Shown piece after piece: positions 33,897-34,114 of a stretch of DNA of 34,114 bases. The stretch is from NCBI GenBank assembly GCA_964551345.1, contig CAZKDQ010000017.1:1-34114 (forward strand), written 5' to 3'. Below the pieces are notes generated by a model, which did no database searches, was not told the DNA's origin, and saw only the letters and a list, made by a program, of their open reading frames with translations. The DNA comes from an uncultured Rhodothermales bacterium. GTDB lineage: Bacteria; Bacteroidota; Rhodothermia; Rhodothermales; CAZKDQ01. Every line of letters begins with the position of its first letter. The stretch's first letter is position 1. The position numbers and the translations under genes are program-made.

Positions 33897-34114
33897 GGTT
33901 GCTCGCGATATGGGTTAGGGTGACGTGAGGAGGCATCACGCCGGCTATGCAATCCCTATCGCTTCCTGAGCAGGGTAGGGCGCGTAACCGCATCAATGCC
34001 CGCTAACGCCGAAGGTATTCCGTCGCGTGCTGCCTGCCCGTTTAACAATTAGAACGGTCGGATGCCGTCCTGAACTGTGCGATATCCTGCCTGATCTGCG
34101 TTCACCCGAAGTCA

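Noticed and set aside
1-34114. CRISPR arrays, rRNA/tRNA genes, IS elements, integrases, prophage genes
   Set aside because: Reading both strands, I saw no regularly spaced direct repeats, no structured-RNA signatures, and no transposase- or integrase-like translations.

Overview
This is a high-GC chromosomal segment that looks Bacteroidota/Rhodothermota-like. Three things support that: a SusC/SusD pair, almost no Shine-Dalgarno (SD) sequences, and TTTG...TAnnTTT(G/A)-type promoter motifs. Most of it is densely packed housekeeping and envelope genes: accA (partial), a 4HBT thioesterase, nadC, rlpA-like, acuB/acuC-like, a polyprenyl-phosphate sugar transferase facing a GT-C glycosyltransferase, an ABC-F ATPase, a secreted 7-blade FG-GAP-like propeller, uvrB, rpmE, a stand-alone receiver domain, thymidine phosphorylase, an enoyl-CoA hydratase, a CNNM/CorC transporter, floA, a secreted amidohydrolase, dtd, rdgB, rpsU, and a SusC-SusD-lipoprotein trio. 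I found no rRNA, tRNA, CRISPR array, transposase or integrase. None of the candidates below is a demonstrated new system; all family calls come from reading the translations by eye. The stretches worth a second look are:
- A 1.8-kb orphan patch (11.5-13.3 kb) of short, overlapping, non-ATG-start ORFs. It holds two tandem copies of an unrecognised ~65-aa module, atypical codons and a perfect 12-bp palindrome.
- A PspA/IM30 gene followed by a PspA-C-terminal-like coiled-coil ORF and a 2-TM coiled-coil membrane protein. This trio lies near CorC and FloA.
- A HAD phosphatase fused to a cytidine-deaminase-like domain in which the catalytic Glu is replaced by Val.
- An orphan HEPN-like ORF that contains no histidine at all.
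- floA followed by an unrecognised soluble partner instead of NfeD.
- rpsU, which carries the only strong SD in the window and starts at TTG.
- A strongly G-rich, C-poor spacer upstream of pspA.
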